A stretch of DNA of 36,857 nucleotides from Armatimonadota bacterium (GTDB lineage: Bacteria > Armatimonadota > SYMT01), in the NCBI GenBank assembly GCA_046292385.1, contig JBKBRF010000060.1, positions 1 to 36,857 on the forward strand, read 5' to 3'. Made by a program: the position numbers and the translations under genes. The first letter of the stretch is position 1. Every line of letters begins with the position of its first letter. Shown one piece after another: positions 8,857 to 18,535 of this stretch. The notes beneath the pieces were generated by a model. The model did no database searches. It was not told the origin of the DNA and saw only the letters and a list, made by a program, of their open reading frames with translations.

Positions 8857-11037
8857 TTACACCTGCTCCGGTTCGGACCGGCTTTGCATCAGGACCGTCA
8901 CCTCCACGCGGGTGCCGCCTTCTTCGCGGGGGGACCAGGTAACGCGGGCGTCGATCAGGTCGGCGCGGTAGCGCATGTTCTCCAGGCCGCGGCCGGCGCC
9001 GCGGGCGGTCTCGGGATCGAAGCCGCGGCCGTCGTCCCAGAGGCAGAGGGTGAGGCGGCCGGGCTCGCTGCGGACCTCCAGCCCGGCCTTGCGGGCGCCG
9101 GAGTGCTTGAGCACGTTGTTGATCGCTTCCTGGCAGATCCGGAAGAGGCCGAGACTCTGCTCCGGCGAAAGCTCCGGCTCCTCGCCGGTGCGGCGGACCG
9201 ACACGGTGAGCGGCGGCTCCTGGCGGGCGGCGCCGCGGCGGAGGTAACTCTCCAGGGCGGCGGAGAGGCCGAGCATGTCGAGCGCGGAGGGACGGAGCGC
9301 CTCCATCACCTCGCGGACGCTGTCCATCGACTCCCGGATCTCCCCCTCCAGCCGCGCCAGGTCGGGCGCCTGTCCGTTCGACCGCTCCCGGAGCCGCTCC
9401 ACGTCGGCCGCCATCTGGCGGAGACCGGGCAGGACCTGGTCGTGCAGGTCCGCCGCCAGCCGCCGCCGCTCTTCCTCCGCGCCGGAGAGGACGCCGGAGG
9501 TCCGCGCCGCCAGCTCCACCCGCTGCCGTGCCAGCAGCTCCCCGTTCAGCCGCGCGTTTTCCAACGCGACCGCCGCCTGCACCGCCGCCGCTTCCAGCAG
9601 CTCCCGCTCCTCCGGGCTGTACGCTTCGCCGCTCTCCTTCGGCCCGAGGCGCAGGTAACCGAGCACCGCCTCCCCCCGCCGCACCGGAATGGGGAGCGCC
9701 CCGTCCGCGGCGGGTAGGTCCGGCAGCGCGAACGTCAGCCACTCCGGTCGCAGCGCCTGCCGTACGCCCGCTTCCAGCCGCTGCATCACCCCCGCCGCCT
9801 CGCGCTCGCCGCCCAGGTCCTGCGCCAGCCGGATCAGCGCCTGGCGCCGCGCCTCCACGTCGCGGAAGAAGCGGCGGTCGACGTTCCGCAGCACCTCCAT
9901 CCGCTTCGCGAGCAGCAGCGCCACCAGGAACATCCAGAACAGGTAGAACACCACTTCGCCGGGACGCACCGGCTGGTGCGTCACCGAAAGCTGACCCATC
10001 CGCCACACCAGCACGAAGCCGGGAATCAGGAACAGCGTGCCGAGCGTCCACCGGGCCAGCAGGTAGCGCAGCGTGTGCCGCGCCACCAGCCGCACCTCCA
10101 GCGCCCGCAGCCGGAAGACCAGGTGCGCCATCGCTCCGCTGAAGAGCAGCGCCGGCAGCAGGTTCACTGGGACGAACTGGTCCGAGATCACCCAGAGACG
10201 CTGGAAGATCCCGGCGATCACCGCCGCCACGGTCGCCCCGGCCGCCACCGTGAGCGTGCGGATCACCGGCCGCGCCTCCGGGGCGGCGCGCCGCCACCGG
10301 AGCAGCACCTGCCCCAGGCCGTAGAGCGCGTAGCCGAGCGCCATCGTGTCGAAGAGGGCCGCCGCGGCGTCGATCCGCCCCTCGTCCCACATCCCGGAGC
10401 CGATCAGGCCGAAGAAGCCGAACGGGAGGTAGAGCCGGAAGAAGATCCGCCACCGGCCCGGCGCGCGGCGGCCTTCCGCCTCCGGATCGGGGAAGATGGT
10501 GAAGAAGTGCGCGAGCAGCACCAGCGCGAAGAGCCGTGGCTCCCGCGGGAAGCCGAAGACCGGCGCCACCATCAGGACCAGCCCCAGCAGCAGCGCGCGG
10601 CCGTCGCCCGGGCGCTGCCAGATCAGCGCCAGCCCCAGCGCGATCAGCGCCACGTTTAGCAGCCCCGCCGCTCCCCACGCCAGCCGCACCGGCCAGGCCG
10701 GGGGCACCGGCTGCACCTGGAGCCAGACCCCCGCGCCGTTCCGGCGCAGCTCCACCTCTCCGCTGCGGGGGATGCCGTTCTTCCACCCCAGCGGCGACCG
10801 CTCCCCCGCGGGCGCCGCCGCCGGGGCGATCACCTCGCTCTTGACCCACCGGTCACCGGTCCGCGCTCCCGCCCGCGCCAGCGGCGAGCCGTCCGCCACC
10901 TGCAGCACCCGCTCCTCCCCGGAGACCACGCCGCCCGGCGGGACCGACGTCACGCCGATGGTCGGCCCGAAGAGGGCTCCCAGCAGGAGCAGGATGCCCA
11001 CGAAGAGCAGCGGATACTGGTACCAGGGGCGGCGCAT
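8857..11037 (-). CDS. Membrane sensor histidine kinase (PDZ-like loop, multiple TM, GAF-like, HisKA_3, HATPase)
   Basis: EEERRRLAADLHD H-box, QEAINNVLKH N-box, DDGRGF and GRGLENM G-boxes; GSPLARAGARTGD PDZ-like motif. Confidence 0.93.
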   Translation of the reverse strand: MRRPWYQYPLLFVGILLLLGALFGPTIGVTSVPPGGVVSGEERVLQVADGSPLARAGARTGDRWVKSEVIAPAAAPAGERSPLGWKNGIPRSGEVELRRNGAGVWLQVQPVPPAWPVRLAWGAAGLLNVALIALGLALIWQRPGDGRALLLGLVLMVAPVFGFPREPRLFALVLLAHFFTIFPDPEAEGRRAPGRWRIFFRLYLPFGFFGLIGSGMWDEGRIDAAAALFDTMALGYALYGLGQVLLRWRRAAPEARPVIRTLTVAAGATVAAVIAGIFQRLWVISDQFVPVNLLPALLFSGAMAHLVFRLRALEVRLVARHTLRYLLARWTLGTLFLIPGFVLVWRMGQLSVTHQPVRPGEVVFYLFWMFLVALLLAKRMEVLRNVDRRFFRDVEARRQALIRLAQDLGGEREAAGVMQRLEAGVRQALRPEWLTFALPDLPAADGALPIPVRRGEAVLGYLRLGPKESGEAYSPEERELLEAAAVQAAVALENARLNGELLARQRVELAARTSGVLSGAEEERRRLAADLHDQVLPGLRQMAADVERLRERSNGQAPDLARLEGEIRESMDSVREVMEALRPSALDMLGLSAALESYLRRGAARQEPPLTVSVRRTGEEPELSPEQSLGLFRICQEAINNVLKHSGARKAGLEVRSEPGRLTLCLWDDGRGFDPETARGAGRGLENMRYRADLIDARVTWSPREEGGTRVEVTVLMQSRSEPEQV

Positions 11038-11111
11038 GCATCCCTTCTAGCCGGAATCTCACTCCCGCGCCCGGGGCGATGGCACCATTTTCCACGGCGG
11101 GAGTGCGAGGT

Positions 11112-11275
11112 CTCACCGCAGAAAGCGCCGAGAACGCGGAGAGGACCACCCGTTGAGGGGGCTCGGCTTGAGCGCTGCCGCTCGCCACAAGTAGCGGGCC
11201 TTGGCGCTGCAGCAACCAGTCCGAGGCGCCCGAAGGGTGCCACTTGTGACCGCCCCTGGGCGTCAGGGGCGGTCG
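11112..11275. repeat. Nonamer-phased arm plus REP-like hairpin
   Basis: ctcaccgcagaaagcgccgagaacgcggagag is the same family as 30910-31222; gaccgcccctg/caggggcggtc forms an 11-bp stem. Confidence 0.65.
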
Positions 11276-11290
11276 CTCGACGGCGACCGA

Positions 11291-11434
11291 TTCAGCCCGT
11301 GAACACAGCCGGGGTGGAGATCACGGCGGTGGCGCGGGAAGAGCATTTCGGAGTGCACTTCCGCAGCGGCCTGCTAACGGAGCGCAGCGGAGTGTGAAAA
11401 GGCCGCGGAGGGCCACCGACGCGGGAGGGCTGAA
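11291..11434. ncRNA. Structured non-coding element, copy B
   Basis: 8-bp closing stem TTCAGCCC/GGGCTGAA, with internal stems CGGTGGC/GCCACCG, GCGG.AAG/CTTCCGC and GCGGCCT/AGGCCGC. Homologous to 176-359. Confidence 0.45.
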
Positions 11435-11495
11435 GCGGGCGACTAGAGCGCGGGGTCGGGCCCGCGGTGCCAAGGCTGCTCACTGAAAGAAAAGA

Positions 11496-12326
11496 TCAGC
11501 CCTCAAAGAACCGCACCGCCGACCCCTCCGGCAGCACCCCGTTCCGCACGGCGAGCTCGCAGAACCGCTCTATCCCGGCGCGCTCGGCCTCGCCGAGGTC
11601 GTACTGGATCGATTCGTAGAGATACTGCCGGGCCACCGAGAGGGGCAGGCCCAGATCCTCGGCGCCGCGGGCGGCAAGCTGGTCGCGGCGCCGGAGGCCC
11701 CACTGCTTCGCGCGGGTGAGCGCCGCGGTGAGCCGGGCGAGATCCCGGTCGGCCGGGGCGGCCCAGATGGCGTAGGTAAACGGGAGCCCGGTCAGCTCCT
11801 GCCACTCCCGGCCGAGATCGAGACTCTCCCGGACCAGCCCCGGCCAGCGGCCGGACGCCAGCGCCTGGTTCGCCGCGAGCGCCGGGTTGCCGATGAGGAG
11901 CGCCGCGTCCGCCTGCTCCAGCATCGCCGGAAGGTCGGGCGGCAGCGTCCGGAACTCGGGCGTCATCCGCCACCGCTCCGCAAAGAGCACTCGCGTCAGC
12001 GCCACCGCGCTGCGGCTGCTGGCGTCGAGCGCCACCGTCTTCACCTGGGAAAGCGGGCGGCGCAGGTAGAGCTGGATGCTCTGGACCTCTCCCCGGGAGA
12101 TCACGCCCATCCCGGGCAGGATGCGCAGCTCCGGGTGCGGCAGCACCGCGCCGGTGGAGACGAGGGCGGCATCGAGCCCACCCTGGAGCAGCGCGCCGAT
12201 CAGCCGGGAAGGAATCAGCGCGGAGAGCTCCACGGCGTCTCCCACCAGCAGCGCGGCTTCTCGCTCGCGCAGGGCCGCCGCCAGCGGGTCGGCATTCAGA
12301 TACGGCACGGTGCCCAACCGCCACAT
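11496..12326 (-). CDS. mqnA: Chorismate dehydratase (futalosine menaquinone pathway)
   Basis: RLGTVPYLNADPL, GEVQSI, VALDASSRSAVAL, DAALLIGNPAL, DLGREWQELTGLPFTYAIW. Confidence 0.92.
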   Translation of the reverse strand: MWRLGTVPYLNADPLAAALREREAALLVGDAVELSALIPSRLIGALLQGGLDAALVSTGAVLPHPELRILPGMGVISRGEVQSIQLYLRRPLSQVKTVALDASSRSAVALTRVLFAERWRMTPEFRTLPPDLPAMLEQADAALLIGNPALAANQALASGRWPGLVRESLDLGREWQELTGLPFTYAIWAAPADRDLARLTAALTRAKQWGLRRRDQLAARGAEDLGLPLSVARQYLYESIQYDLGEAERAGIERFCELAVRNGVLPEGSAVRFFEG

Positions 12327-12455
12327 AGCGCTAGATGGAAGAAGAGAGAAGAAAGAAAAGAGAAGAAAGAACTGAGGGCGAGGGGGCTCGCCGCTGAGTA
12401 GTTCTATCCCCGAAGCCTCTGTTTCGCGGCGCGGGGGCCGGGGGTGGGGCGGTAC

Positions 12456-12499
12456 AAAGGAAAACCCCTGCCGGGCATCTTCCCCATACCGGCAGGGGT
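12456..12499 (-). terminator. Probable intrinsic terminator of the DUF1549-DUF1501-PPC operon
   Basis: 11-bp stem ACCCCTGCCGG/CCGGCAGGGGT followed by TTTCCTTT on the minus strand. Confidence 0.65.
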
Positions 12500-12579
12500 C
12501 CGTCTGTCCCTCATGCGCGGCGTCCGCTCGCCGCACTCGTATCATCCCCGGGCGGGCCGGAGGCTAAACACGCGCCTAA

Positions 12580-14253
12580 TCATTTTTTCTCCGCGGGCGG
12601 CTCCGGCGCCGGAACCAGCGCCACCAGCGCCGCAGTCGGTCCTGGGCCCAGGGGGTTGCCGCCGTCTCCGGTGATCAGCCAGACGACCGGCACCGTCCGC
12701 GGCGATTCCCCGGCGGTGACCGCCACGAGCCGCACGACCGCGAAGCCGGGCTGCGCGTCGGCCGCGGCCTGCAGCACCAGCTTCGCGGAGCTCTGTCCGG
12801 TGCGGTCCTTCAGAGCCGCCACCTTCACCGGCTCCGCGGTGACGCCGGCCGGCAGCCCCTCCAGCCGCAGCTCGATCTCGTCCGGCTGGAACGACTGGTA
12901 CAGGGTGACGTTCCACTCGAGCTTCTCGCCCGGCTTGACCACCGCGGTCGGGGTCGCGGCGACGGCGCTCAGCTCCGGAGTCATCGGGGTGATGAGGAGC
13001 CGGTAGTAGGAGCTGGGGCCGCTGCGGGAGCTGCCGGCGAGGTCCTCCACCTGGAGCACGTACTCGCCGTCGGCGGGGACGGTCCACTCCGCCCGCGGGT
13101 CGCGGCTGCGCGGCGCGTCGTCCTCCTGCAGCACCACCCTGCCCTCTGCATTCCGCAAGATGAAGCGCGGATCGGCGAGGGAATCGACTTCCCGCCCGAC
13201 CACCTGGATCCGCAGCCGGTCCTTCGCTTTCACCGTGAAGCGGAAGAAGTCGGCGTCGCCCCGCCGGCCGAAGGTGCCGTGTGCGGCGCCCGGCACGGAG
13301 ATCGGCTGGGCCTGCTCGGCGCGGTCGTTCGGCTCCGCCTCCGGCAGCTCCGGACCCTCGGTCATCGCCAGCGGCAGCCGGTTCGGCGCGTCGAAGGCGG
13401 TGAGGTGGAACGTCTCTCCCTCGGAGGGCACCGGGGCCTCGAGCTCGGCGGTGCCGGGGCCCGGCTTCCCCAGGTTCCAGCCGTGGACCGTCAGCCGGGC
13501 GGAGCTGCCCCGCGCCACGCTCGGCGGCAGCGCGAAGTCGAGCCAGGGACCGGTAGTAAGATGGAGCCGGTAGTGGCAGTGGGCATCTACGTTGCCCATG
13601 TTGCTCGTCACGTCGGTGAGCTGCAGGGTGTATTCGCCGTCCGCCGGAGCGGTGCAGGTAAAGACGGGATCCAGGCGGCGGTTGTCGACGTCGACGCCGA
13701 CCGTCCGCCCCTGGGCGTCCCGCACCGTGAGCGCCAGGTAGATCGGACCGGCGAGCAGCCGCGACTCGCTGGCGACCACCAGGCAGTCGCCCTTCTTCAG
13801 GGCGACGCGGTAGTTGTCGGTATCGCCCGGCTTCGGGATCGCGCCGTTCAGCGTGAGCGGAAGCTGCTCCAGCCGCTGCGCCTTGTCGAGCGAGTCGTTC
13901 GGCTCCGCTTCCAGCACCTCCGGCAGCACGCCGACCATAAACGGCCGCGGCTCCGTGGCGGCCGCCGGCCCGACCAGCCGAAGCTGCCGCACACCCGGCT
14001 CCGCTTCGGGGGCGATCTCCACCTTACCCACGCCCTTGACGAACGGCCCGAGCGGCTTCAGGCCCTCGCCGTCGACCACCAGCGTCGCCGACTCCACCTT
14101 CTCCATCGCGGGAAAGGTAAGCGTCACCGTGGCGCCGCGCTGGCCGCCCGGCGGAAAGAGCCGGTCCGCCGCGCTCTGCGCGCCCGCCGGCGCCGCCAGG
14201 AGCAGCGGCAGGATGACGGCGGCGCGAAGGGCCAGAGACTTCAGCATCGACAT
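12580..14253 (-). CDS. Secreted PPC (pre-peptidase C-terminal) domain protein, Planctomycete-type
   Basis: Signal peptide, LFPPGGQRG, two EAEPND motifs, two PADGEY-L-[LV]-x-D segments and YRL ends. Exact start uncertain (14247-14265). Confidence 0.88.
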   Translation of the reverse strand: MSMLKSLALRAAVILPLLLAAPAGAQSAADRLFPPGGQRGATVTLTFPAMEKVESATLVVDGEGLKPLGPFVKGVGKVEIAPEAEPGVRQLRLVGPAAATEPRPFMVGVLPEVLEAEPNDSLDKAQRLEQLPLTLNGAIPKPGDTDNYRVALKKGDCLVVASESRLLAGPIYLALTVRDAQGRTVGVDVDNRRLDPVFTCTAPADGEYTLQLTDVTSNMGNVDAHCHYRLHLTTGPWLDFALPPSVARGSSARLTVHGWNLGKPGPGTAELEAPVPSEGETFHLTAFDAPNRLPLAMTEGPELPEAEPNDRAEQAQPISVPGAAHGTFGRRGDADFFRFTVKAKDRLRIQVVGREVDSLADPRFILRNAEGRVVLQEDDAPRSRDPRAEWTVPADGEYVLQVEDLAGSSRSGPSSYYRLLITPMTPELSAVAATPTAVVKPGEKLEWNVTLYQSFQPDEIELRLEGLPAGVTAEPVKVAALKDRTGQSSAKLVLQAAADAQPGFAVVRLVAVTAGESPRTVPVVWLITGDGGNPLGPGPTAALVALVPAPEPPAEKK

Positions 14254-14373
14254 GGGTGGATACAACCAGAACCGATCTACCGGCCGCCGCTCGAGTCACG
14301 GCGAGGCATTGAAATACCTCGCTGGCCGGCCTGCGGCCAAGCGTCCTCCGGACGCCGGAACCAGGCCCTGCTG

Positions 14374-14428
14374 AGTCCCCGGAGGGGGACTTCGTGCTGT
14401 GGTTGCCGCGGTTTCAACCGCCCGGGGG
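14374..14428. repeat. REP-like double hairpin
   Basis: AGTCCCC-GGAG-GGGGACT and GCGGTT-TC-AACCGC. Confidence 0.6.
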
Positions 14429-14453
14429 CTTTGACTTTACTCGTCAGGAAACC

Positions 14454-15785
14454 TCAGCAGATCTCCCGGATCAGCTCTCCGCCGTTGATCATCTGCGTGG
14501 GGCGGCCCAGCTCGTTCCGGAACTCCTTGCGGTAGTCGATCCCCATCTTGTGGAAGATCGTGCACGCCAGGTCCTGCGGGCTCAGCGGGCGCTCGGACGG
14601 ATAGCTGCCGTCCTTCTCCGTGGCGCCGACCACGGTGCCGCCCGGAACCCCGGCGCCCGCGATGGCCACCGACATCGCCGGGCCCCAGTGGTCGCGGCCC
14701 GGGCCGGCGTTGATCTTGGGGGTGCGGCCCATCTCGCCGAGGAGCACCACCAGCGTGCTGTCGAGCAGGCCCCGCTGCTTGAGGTCGATCATCAGCGCGG
14801 CGAACGCCTCGTCGAGCGTGGGCGCCATCCGCTTCATGTCGTTGAAGAGGTTGAAGTGGTGGTCCCAGCCGCCCCAGTTGATGCTCACCCACGGCACGCC
14901 CGCCTCCACCAGCCGCCGCGCCAGCAGGCACTGCTGGCCGAAGTGGCTGCGCCGGCCGTACAGCTCGCGGGTCTTGGCGTCTTCCTTGCCGATGTCGAAC
15001 GCCGCCTTCGCCGCGGGGGAGGTGATCAGGTCGTACGCCTTCTCGCTGAAGCTGTCGATCGCCTTGGCCGGGTCGGAGGTGCCCTCCGCGTCCCGCTGCA
15101 GCTTGTCGATCTGCCCCAGTAGGCTCCGCCGGGCGTCGAGCCGGGCCTGGTCCACGCCGCCGGGCAGGCTGATGTCCTGCACGCGGAAGTTGTCGCTCTC
15201 CGGATAGCCGCCAACCACCAGCGGGCCGTAGGCGGGGCCGAGGAAGTTGGGGCCGCCGGAGCGCATGCCGCCGCCCATGATCACGTACGGGGGCAGGCCG
15301 CGCGGCACCTCGCGCTCGTGCGCGGCGAAGGCGCCCATCGCCGGGTGGTAGCTCACGGAGGCGCCGCAGCCGACCGGAATCGGGGTGCGCTGGCCCGTCG
15401 TCATGAAGTGGTTGCCGGCGCCGTGGTTCGAATCGGGGTGGCCCATCGACCGCAGGATGCTGAAGTGGTCCATCACCTTGGCGGTCTTCGGGAGCAGCTC
15501 GCAGATCTGGATGCCGGCGACGTTCGTCTCGATCGGCTTGAGCTCGCCGCGGATCTCGGACGGCGCCTCCGGCTTCATGTCGAACGTCTCCAGGTGAGAC
15601 GGTCCCCCGTCCAGGAAGAGGAAGATCACGTTCGCCGGCTTCTTCCCCGCGGCCGCCGCGGCCTCCCGGTGCGCCACCAGCTCCGGCAGGGTCAGCCCCA
15701 GCCCCGCCAGGGTGCCGATCTTCAGGAAGTCCCGCCGGGACATTCCCGCGCAGTTCCGCCGCACCGGTCCCCATTCGATCTGCAT
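14454..15785 (-). CDS. DUF1501 domain protein with twin-arginine leader
   Basis: SRRDFLK, FLDGGPSHLETFDMKP, LLARRLVEAGV, WDHH, GEMGRTPKIN, GRDHW; GGGAGG SD. Confidence 0.95.
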   Translation of the reverse strand: MQIEWGPVRRNCAGMSRRDFLKIGTLAGLGLTLPELVAHREAAAAAGKKPANVIFLFLDGGPSHLETFDMKPEAPSEIRGELKPIETNVAGIQICELLPKTAKVMDHFSILRSMGHPDSNHGAGNHFMTTGQRTPIPVGCGASVSYHPAMGAFAAHEREVPRGLPPYVIMGGGMRSGGPNFLGPAYGPLVVGGYPESDNFRVQDISLPGGVDQARLDARRSLLGQIDKLQRDAEGTSDPAKAIDSFSEKAYDLITSPAAKAAFDIGKEDAKTRELYGRRSHFGQQCLLARRLVEAGVPWVSINWGGWDHHFNLFNDMKRMAPTLDEAFAALMIDLKQRGLLDSTLVVLLGEMGRTPKINAGPGRDHWGPAMSVAIAGAGVPGGTVVGATEKDGSYPSERPLSPQDLACTIFHKMGIDYRKEFRNELGRPTQMINGGELIREIC

Positions 15786-15799
15786 CGCCGTCCTCCCGA

Positions 15800-18376
15800 T
15801 CAGTGATTCAGAATGAACTCCGCGGAGTTCATCAGGGCCCACAGAATATCTTCGATCGCCTGCCGCCGGGTTGCCTTCTCTCGCGTAAAGGCGGTGCGCG
15901 CCGCCGCGATCTCCTCCGCGGTCGGATACCGGCTCAATACCCGCAGGTAGAGCTCCCGCACGACTTCCTCTTCCGGCTTGCCGGACTTGTCCAATTCCGC
16001 CGCCGCGCCGGTGTCGTGGGTGAGTCGCCGGTGCATCTGCTCGGAGTTCATCATGTGCAGCATCTGCGTCACGCTGCCGTCGGTCGGCCGCTCGCACTCG
16101 CAGACGCTCTGCCGCACCGGCCGGCCGAAGATCTCCAGGAATTCCACCTGCAGCCGGCTGTCCCACATCTGGATCGCCCGCGTTCCTTCCGGGTAGGCGC
16201 GGAACGTCTGCGGCACGCCGGTCACCTGGGAGACCGCGTCGAGCAGCACTTCCCCGGGGGGACGCTTTTTGTAGTAGCGAGAGTAGCTCCGGGTCTCCTT
16301 CACGTTCTCCGGCGTCGACTCGCTGCTCCGCTGATACGCGGCGGAGGCGGTGATGGTGCGCAGCAGGTGCTTCAGGTCGTAGCCGTGGGAGACGAAGTCC
16401 TTCGCCAGCGCGTCGAGCAGCGCCTCATTCGTCGCCGGGTTCGTCATGCGGAAGTCGTCCACCGGCTCTACCAGCCCGCGCCCCATCAAGAGGCCCCACA
16501 TCCGGTTCACGATGGCGCGGGCGAAGAACGGGTTCTCCGGCGACGTCATCCAGTCGGCCAGCGCCTGCCGGCGGTCGGCCTCCTCCGGGATCTCCAGCGG
16601 CTCCCCGCCCAGCGGCCGAGGCGGCATTACTTGGCCAGTCCGCGGGTGCTTCACCTCGCCGGAGCTGCCGGCGTAGACGATGCTGTGGTAGCCCTCCGGG
16701 TACGACGACTTCGACTTCACCCGCGCGAAGAACGCCGCCAGGGAGTAGTAGTCGTCCTGGCCCCACCGCTCGAACGGGTGGTGGTGGCACTCCGCGCAGT
16801 CGAGCCGCACCCCCAGGAAGAGCTGGGAGATCGACTTCCCCGCCGCGCCCGGCTCGGAGAGCGCGCGGAAGAAGTTGGGCGGCCCCTCGCGGTAGGTCTC
16901 GCCAGACGCGGTCACGATCTCCCGCGCGAACTGGTCGAACGGCATGTTCCGCCGGAACGAGTCGCGCAGCCAGCGGTCGAAGGCGTAGGCGCCGCGCGGC
17001 AGCAGCAGGTCCGGGTTCACCAGGAGCAGGTTGGACCACCGCATGCCCCAGTAGTCCGCGTATTCCGGCCGCTCCAGCAGCGAGTCGACCAGCGCCTTCC
17101 GCGCCCGGGGAGCGACGGTGCCGGACGGTCCCCGCTCCTTTTCACACGCCGCCAGGAACTCCCGTGCCTCGTCTGCCATCGGCAGCGTGCCGATCAGGTC
17201 GAGGGAGGCGCGCCGCAGGAAGGTGGCGTCGTCGCACGGGCCGGAGGGGAGCACGTTGAGCTGCGCGAGCTTGCGGTAGACTAGGTCGTCGATAAAGTTG
17301 TTCCGCGGCAGCTTTCCGTAGGCGGAGGCCGGGACGGAGTGGTGGAGCGACACTGTAACGCCCCCCCCCGCCACCTGCCCCATGAAGCGGGCCATCACCG
17401 CCGCCTCGCCCGGGAGGGGGGTCGTCTTCAGCCGGCCGGCATCCGTGACTTCGGCTACGGCGGTCTCGTCGGACTGGTACTGCGCCAGCGGGGTCACGTC
17501 GCGCCGGGAGCCGTCGGAGTAGACCGCCGTCACCAGCAGCTGCTGCTGCTTCTCCGGCAGCATCACCCGCTCGCGCGGCTCCACCTCCACCCGGACCAGC
17601 GTCCGCTCCGCCTCGCCGTCATACCGGGCGCCCTCCGCGATCCAGCGGGCCACCAGCCGCGCCTCCGCGGAGTCGGGCCGGAACCGCTGGCCGCCCGCGT
17701 GGGGCAGCGCCGCCGTCGCCTTCTTCAGGAGCAGACTGTTCCCCGGGTCGGCAACGTTCACCCGCCGCCCATCCGCCACGCGGGCGATGGCGGCGTGGTC
17801 CGTCTCGAGGTCGAACGCCAGCACGGAGAGCTGGAAGCCGCTCTTGTTCCCCTGCTTGGCGTGGCAGGTGGAGCTGTTGCAGCCCGCCTGGCTCAGCACC
17901 GGCATCACCTCGTGGACGAAGCTGACCGGCCGCAGGGCGCGGCTGTTCCGCACCCGCACCGGCACCCGGACGCCGCGTCCGCCGGCCCGCGCCTCGATCC
18001 AGCCGTCGCCGTCCGCCACCGCGCGCACCAGGCCGTCGCGGGTGACCTGCGCCACCTTCGGATTGCCGGACTTGTAGACCGCGGCGCGGGAGAGATCCGC
18101 GGGCGGGCCGGAAACCGGCTGGCCGGTCAGGAGCAGTCGCTGCTCCGCCCCGGGGCCGTCGAGCGCCACCGACTGCGGAAACGCCGCCAGGCTGCGGAAA
18201 GCGGGCGCCGCGGGCTTCTTTACGGGAGGGGTCTTCTTCGCCGGAGCCGCCGGACGCGGCTTCCGGGCCGGGGCAGACGCGCGCCGGGGCGCCGCCCCCA
18301 CCGGAGCGGCGGCAATCAGCGACAGCACGAACAGCACGAGCGAGCGACGCACGGTTACCTTCCGGCCAAGAACCAC
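15800..18376 (-). CDS. DUF1549/DUF1553 domain protein with Ig-like (Big_2) repeats
   Basis: SFVHEVMPVL..GCNSSTCH, NNFIDDLV, FLRRASLDLIG, CAECHHHPFERW, NRMWG.LMGRGLVEPVDD, CECER, WALMNSAEF. Confidence 0.95.
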   Translation of the reverse strand: MVLGRKVTVRRSLVLFVLSLIAAAPVGAAPRRASAPARKPRPAAPAKKTPPVKKPAAPAFRSLAAFPQSVALDGPGAEQRLLLTGQPVSGPPADLSRAAVYKSGNPKVAQVTRDGLVRAVADGDGWIEARAGGRGVRVPVRVRNSRALRPVSFVHEVMPVLSQAGCNSSTCHAKQGNKSGFQLSVLAFDLETDHAAIARVADGRRVNVADPGNSLLLKKATAALPHAGGQRFRPDSAEARLVARWIAEGARYDGEAERTLVRVEVEPRERVMLPEKQQQLLVTAVYSDGSRRDVTPLAQYQSDETAVAEVTDAGRLKTTPLPGEAAVMARFMGQVAGGGVTVSLHHSVPASAYGKLPRNNFIDDLVYRKLAQLNVLPSGPCDDATFLRRASLDLIGTLPMADEAREFLAACEKERGPSGTVAPRARKALVDSLLERPEYADYWGMRWSNLLLVNPDLLLPRGAYAFDRWLRDSFRRNMPFDQFAREIVTASGETYREGPPNFFRALSEPGAAGKSISQLFLGVRLDCAECHHHPFERWGQDDYYSLAAFFARVKSKSSYPEGYHSIVYAGSSGEVKHPRTGQVMPPRPLGGEPLEIPEEADRRQALADWMTSPENPFFARAIVNRMWGLLMGRGLVEPVDDFRMTNPATNEALLDALAKDFVSHGYDLKHLLRTITASAAYQRSSESTPENVKETRSYSRYYKKRPPGEVLLDAVSQVTGVPQTFRAYPEGTRAIQMWDSRLQVEFLEIFGRPVRQSVCECERPTDGSVTQMLHMMNSEQMHRRLTHDTGAAAELDKSGKPEEEVVRELYLRVLSRYPTAEEIAAARTAFTREKATRRQAIEDILWALMNSAEFILNH

Positions 18377-18535
18377 CTCTTAGCTGCCTCTTAAGAGCGG
18401 CGAACAGTCGCGATAGTTGCGACTATCCTCACCGACCGGCCGACCCCAACGGAAGGCCAGTACACGGGAGTGATTGACCTCCCAGCACGGGAGCGGCAGT
18501 TCTAACCCGTCGCGCTCGACACCCGTCTCGAGAAA

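Noticed and set aside
17361..17369. C9 homopolymer as a phase-variation tract in the DUF1549 gene
   Set aside because: The frame is intact and the run is unremarkable at this GC; it could also be a base-calling artefact.
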